Below are positions 21,181 to 25,886 of a stretch of DNA of 25,886 nt, piece by piece. Both the position numbers and the translations under genes were made by a program. Origin of the DNA: Octopus sinensis. Lineage: Eukaryota. The notes under the pieces are model-generated. The model was not told the origin of the DNA, did not search any database, and worked only from the letters and a program-made list of their open reading frames with translations. Location of the stretch: NCBI RefSeq assembly GCF_006345805.1, contig NW_021836037.1, positions 1-25,886 of the forward strand, in the 5' to 3' direction. The number at the start of each line of letters is the position of its first letter. Position 1 is the stretch's first letter.

Positions 21181-21289
21181 CTATGTATGTGCATGTATAT
21201 ATATATATATATATATACATATATATACACACACACATACTTATATATATATAGAAATATATGTAAATGCCACCACATCACCCAGCAAT

Positions 21290-21723
21290 AAATACCACTA
21301 CTACAACTACAACTATCACTACCACCACCACTACTACTGCTACTATTACCTCTACTACTACCATCACCAACAACAACACCAACACCACAACTACTAGTAC
21401 TAGTATCAGCACCACCACCACCAGCACTATTACTAGCGCTACTACTACTCCTACCATCACCACCACTACTGCCACTATCACCACCACTACCACTAAAACT
21501 ACTACCACCATCACTACCACCACTAAAACCACTACTACTACCACTACCACCACCACCACAATACTACTACTACTAGCAACAATACCACCAATACTACTAC
21601 CACTACCACCACCACCACCACCACCACCACCACTACTACTACTGCTGCTACTACTACCACTACTACTACTACTGCTGCTACTACCACTGCTATTACTGCT
21701 GCTGCTGCTACTACTACTACTAT

Positions 21724-21758
<35 letters not shown>

Positions 21759-21772
21759 ATACTGCTACTACT
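21290..21772. repeat. (ACC)n/(ACT)n trinucleotide tract
   Basis: Directly visible. Confidence 0.95.
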
Positions 21773-22617
21773 GTATTGCAATAACAATTCCACAGTTAAG
21801 GAACTGTAGCTGCTTAGACGCTAATTAAGATAGCTTTGATATGTTTTTAACAACGTCTGAATGCTTAAGACTGTTTCGTAACGTGGTTTTTATTCTGGTT
21901 ATTGCTGCTGTTGTTCTTAATGTAGTCAATGCTGCTGCTGTTGTTGTTGCTGTTGTTGTTACCATTGTTGTAGTTGTTGTTTCAACTCTTTGTTGTGCTA
22001 CAATTAAGCGGAACTGAAATATTCGCTTCGTTGTGTTTCTCTCTTTTTGTTATTTGTTTTCCTTCTACTTTGCATTTGAGAAATATTTCTCTGTGTACGT
22101 GTGTATGTTGTATATATATATATATATATATATAAATGTGTGTGTACATGTGTGTGTGTGTGTGGTGTGTGTGTGCCTTTACGTGTATATATATGGACGT
22201 ACAGATTGTGAAGAATTCACACACACCTATATGGAAACGTTTCTACTCTGTCACATTCATCCAAGCAGGAACTAATACGCACATGCCTAGATGAAACACA
22301 CATACAGCCACGAATTCACACACATATTCATAAAAGCATCCCCTGCACATACAAATACACACTTATACATACTCATATATAGATACACCCCCACACAAAC
22401 ACACACATGCACAAATGCACTTGTACACAAATACAAAAATATGTTTGTGAATCTGTGTACCTTTACACAGAGCTACATGTGTATCTATGATTGTATATGC
22501 TTGCGATTTATGATGCTGATGAGGGTGGATTGATGGACATGTTTACTTGTAAATGCGGTTTTTTTCTCAAACTATTTGCAGGTTTCCCACAATCAGTAAA
22601 TACCCCCCCCAAAAAAA

Positions 22618-22955
22618 AATATATATATTACATAATATGTACGTATATGTGTATGTATGTACGTATGTATGTAAGAATGTATATCTGTGTGTATTTATGT
22701 ATGCACATATAAATTGAAGCATATATTTTCATTTTATATAATACATATATATTATATAATATATTATATAATAAATATATATATATATTATTAATACATA
22801 TTATATAATGAATATATGTATTGTAATATATATATATAATATTATATATGTGTGTGTATATATATATTTGTATATATATATATGTACATATATATATGTA
22901 TATGTGTATATACGTACCTACATACATACATACATACATACATACATACATACAT
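22618..22955. repeat. AT-rich (TA)/(TACA) tract
   Basis: Directly visible. Confidence 0.9.
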
Positions 22956-23536
22956 GCACTTCCCTTTCTAGACATAAGGATGTAAACAAACATTCTTATA
23001 AAAATATCAGATACAATGCAACACATCCGTTTGCACTAAAGATACAAATAAATGCATATCGTTACATGGAGACCATGAATATGCACACAGACACAGTGTG
23101 TCGCTGATGAAATCTATGCATAGAATATTTAGATTCTCTTCCATAGAAGAAACACTAGCTATAGAAATCTACAGAATTAAAACAAAAAGCTAATGAACAT
23201 GGTTTGTCTGATAAACTAATAGACCAAGCCGCAGAATGATACAAGAAAAATAAACCGCTATAAATATAACAAACATTAGACTTTATAAGAATAATACTAA
23301 CCACGCGTTAAGTGAATCAAACGCATAAACGCAAAGTATAGACTGTATGAACACTTTATCTACAGTTTCGTTAAACTATACAAATTGCATGGCACTAAAC
23401 TATAAATTAACGTTAATAATGAACAAATTAATGCTAGTCTGATGTACAAATTCGATAGTAAATGAGAACGCTTCAAACTTCACGACTGTAGCTGTTTTAT
23501 TGTTCGTCTGAATACGACACACTTCAGTCGGTTTAT

Positions 23537-23970
23537 AATGCTCCTGCAAAGAGAAGCAACAGAAATACACTACATAGACAAAACAATGCTCCTGCAAAGA
23601 CATGCAACAGAAATACACTACATACACAACACAATGCTCCTGCAAAGAGAAGCAACAGAAATACACTACATAGACAAAACAATGCTCCTGCAAAGACATG
23701 CAACAGAAATACACTACATACACAACACAATGCTCCTGCAAAGACAAGCAACAGAAATACACTACATACACAACACAATGCTCCTGCAAAGACAAGCAAC
23801 AGAAATACACTACATACACAACACAATGCTCCTGCAAAGACAAGCAACAGAAATACACTACATACACAACACAATGCTCCTGCAAAGACAAGCAACAGAA
23901 ATACACTACATACACAACACAATGCTCCTGCAAAGAGAAGCAACAGAAATACACTACATATACAACACAA
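23537..23970. repeat. 48-bp minisatellite, 9 copies
   Basis: Unit AATGCTCCTGCAAAGA(G/C)A(A/T)GCAACAGAAATACACTACATA(C/G)ACAA(C/A)AC. Confidence 0.95.
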
Positions 23971-24884
23971 AGCAAAACTAGATAGGAACATATTAGCGGA
24001 GCACGTATGTACTCTTGAGAATTCTCCACAAAAAAATAGACAGTTAATAACGGAAGCAACGTAAACAACGTTGCACAAGTGTAAAATGCACAGGAAATAT
24101 ACGCCAACATGTCTCCATCTTGAGGATGGGACAGTGTAGTTCTAAAAACACTAATGACAGGTTGAAATTGCAGAAATTGAAGAAAAACAACAACAAATAT
24201 CTTACAAACTATAGAGTTTTCTCAATAAAGCCAAGAGAAAAAGATGTTTTATAAACACATTCTACCAGTAAACGAAGTTTAAAAGTGTTTAGTTACGTGG
24301 AAATTATTTTTAAAAACTGCTGTTCAAATCAAAAAGATCCTAAAATTGTTTCTGAAGAAAGTAATATACGATGGTCACGGGTGGAACGTTTGTGATCAAG
24401 GAAATGCTCCGTCAGATCTGTAAACAACAGCAAACAAAACAAATTGGAGGCGAAGAGGAAGGAATATAAACTCAATATAATAATGGAGTGAAGATATGAA
24501 GACACAAAATCCTGAAAAAGAAACAAAAACACGTCTGATGTGGGAGGTGTGAGAAAGGACCGGGTAGGGTTTTTGTGTGAGGATGGGGATTAGGATATCG
24601 GTGAGAGAAGGTGGAGGCGTAGAACAAGAAATGGGTGGAGAAATAGTTCTTTGAGACAAAGGAATGAGAATCGCTGACTGAAGTGTGATGGAGGAGAACG
24701 ACAAACGAAGAAGAGGTGAATGGATGAGGAGGGCAAGCTGCTGTTCGGTCTTGGGTTTCAAAACTAACATTCGACGGATTTACAAAAACGTTTTACAGCT
24801 TCACACACAACTAAAGCTGAAATGTTACCCTCTAGTGAGAGAACAAGAGAGAAATATCTCTACATGGAGATACATACGCACAGA

Positions 24885-25374
24885 TTTATATATATATGTG
24901 TGTGTGTGCGTGTGTGTGTGAATTTGCATGTATATACATGTATGGGTATGTATGTGTGGGGGGAGGTATGGAGAGAGAGGAAGAGATAGGGAGAGAGAGA
25001 CAAACAAACATGAATATATGTGAGTGTATATATATATATGTGTGTATATATTTATATATATACATACACATATGGATTAAATGTATATAAATTTATATAT
25101 ATAAATATATATATATATATGTATATGTATATATATATATATGTATGTATATATGTATGCATGTATGTATATATATATATGTGTGTGTGTGTATGTGTGT
25201 GTACATATATATATGAAAATATGCTCTAATATTATTTTAACTCTTATTTCTAGCAATATAGGTGCTACCCTGCACCCTTAGTCACAATTAGTGGCTACTG
25301 AATTTTTCCTTTTTGGTTTCATTTTGCGCATAGCCGGCTTCGTTTGCATATATGTATATGTATATATATATATA

Positions 25375-25433
<59 letters not shown>

Positions 25434-25518
25434 ATATATATATATACTATATATATATATATATTATATATATATATATATGTATATACTATATATATAT
25501 AGTTATATATATATATAT

Positions 25519-25594
<76 letters not shown>

Positions 25595-25602
25595 GTATGT
25601 AG

Positions 25603-25630
<28 letters not shown>
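24885..25630. repeat. (TA)/(TG)/(TATG) microsatellite tracts with a short unique interruption (~25215-25350)
   Basis: Directly visible. Confidence 0.9.
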
Positions 25631-25635
<5 letters not shown>

Positions 25636-25793
25636 GTAATATGTGACAGTTATTCGGTAGCCAAGGTAAAACTCTGAGTTTCGGATGCCGAGGTGAAAAT
25701 CCCTGCCACCATCTCTTCAGTTAAGATATCCGGCCATCGTTTTATCTTCGCTTTATCTTGGCTACCGAATAATTGTCACATATTACATTTACA
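25629..25793. repeat. 42-bp inverted repeat (2 mismatches) enclosing a minus-strand hammerhead-like motif
   Basis: Arms 25629-25670 and 25752-25793; inside, on the minus strand, TAA-CTGAAGA-GATG..CATC-C-GAAA-CTCAGAG-TT-TTA. Confidence 0.75.
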
Positions 25794-25886
25794 GATGAAT
25801 TTCTCTATTTACATAATATCGAGGTATCTTTCTATCTTGTGTTATCTTACCGTTTTACCTATGTATATATATATATATATATATAT

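Noticed and set aside
24329-24770. Possible decayed Penelope GIY-YIG fragment (LTEHFLDHKRS)
   Set aside because: Similarity too weak, with no YIG motif; cannot be supported without a search.

Overview
Eukaryotic, AT-rich, microsatellite-saturated intergenic or intronic DNA. The repeat repertoire looks like Octopus or another cephalopod (inference only). No host protein-coding exon is recognisable, and nearly all ORFs in the track are simple-repeat artefacts. The centrepiece is a near full-length but frameshifted Tx1/L1-clade non-LTR retrotransposon (11190-16492, minus strand; ORF1 with a CCHC knuckle, ORF2 with APE endonuclease, RT and zf-RVT). It is inserted inside a tRNA-headed SINE with a 15-16 bp target-site duplication (TSD). 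The same SINE shares its 3' terminal ~34 nt with this LINE and forms one-head/many-bodies tandem arrays (10649-11189 and 19916-20879). Every array junction falls at the exact LINE insertion site, AATGCT(A/T)AGC|GGTAT. The second array sits in a genomic look-alike of that site (AATGCTAAGC|GATAT) with a 14-bp TSD. Together this points to a sequence-specific LINE whose target is its own partner SINE, so that the SINE inserts into itself and builds arrays. Also present: several other tRNA-derived SINE families, minimal hammerhead-ribozyme motifs, a TA-flanked Tc1/mariner-type MITE splitting an RTE remnant, CR1-like and R4/Dong-like LINE 3' ends, a heat-shock-element array and a 48-bp minisatellite.
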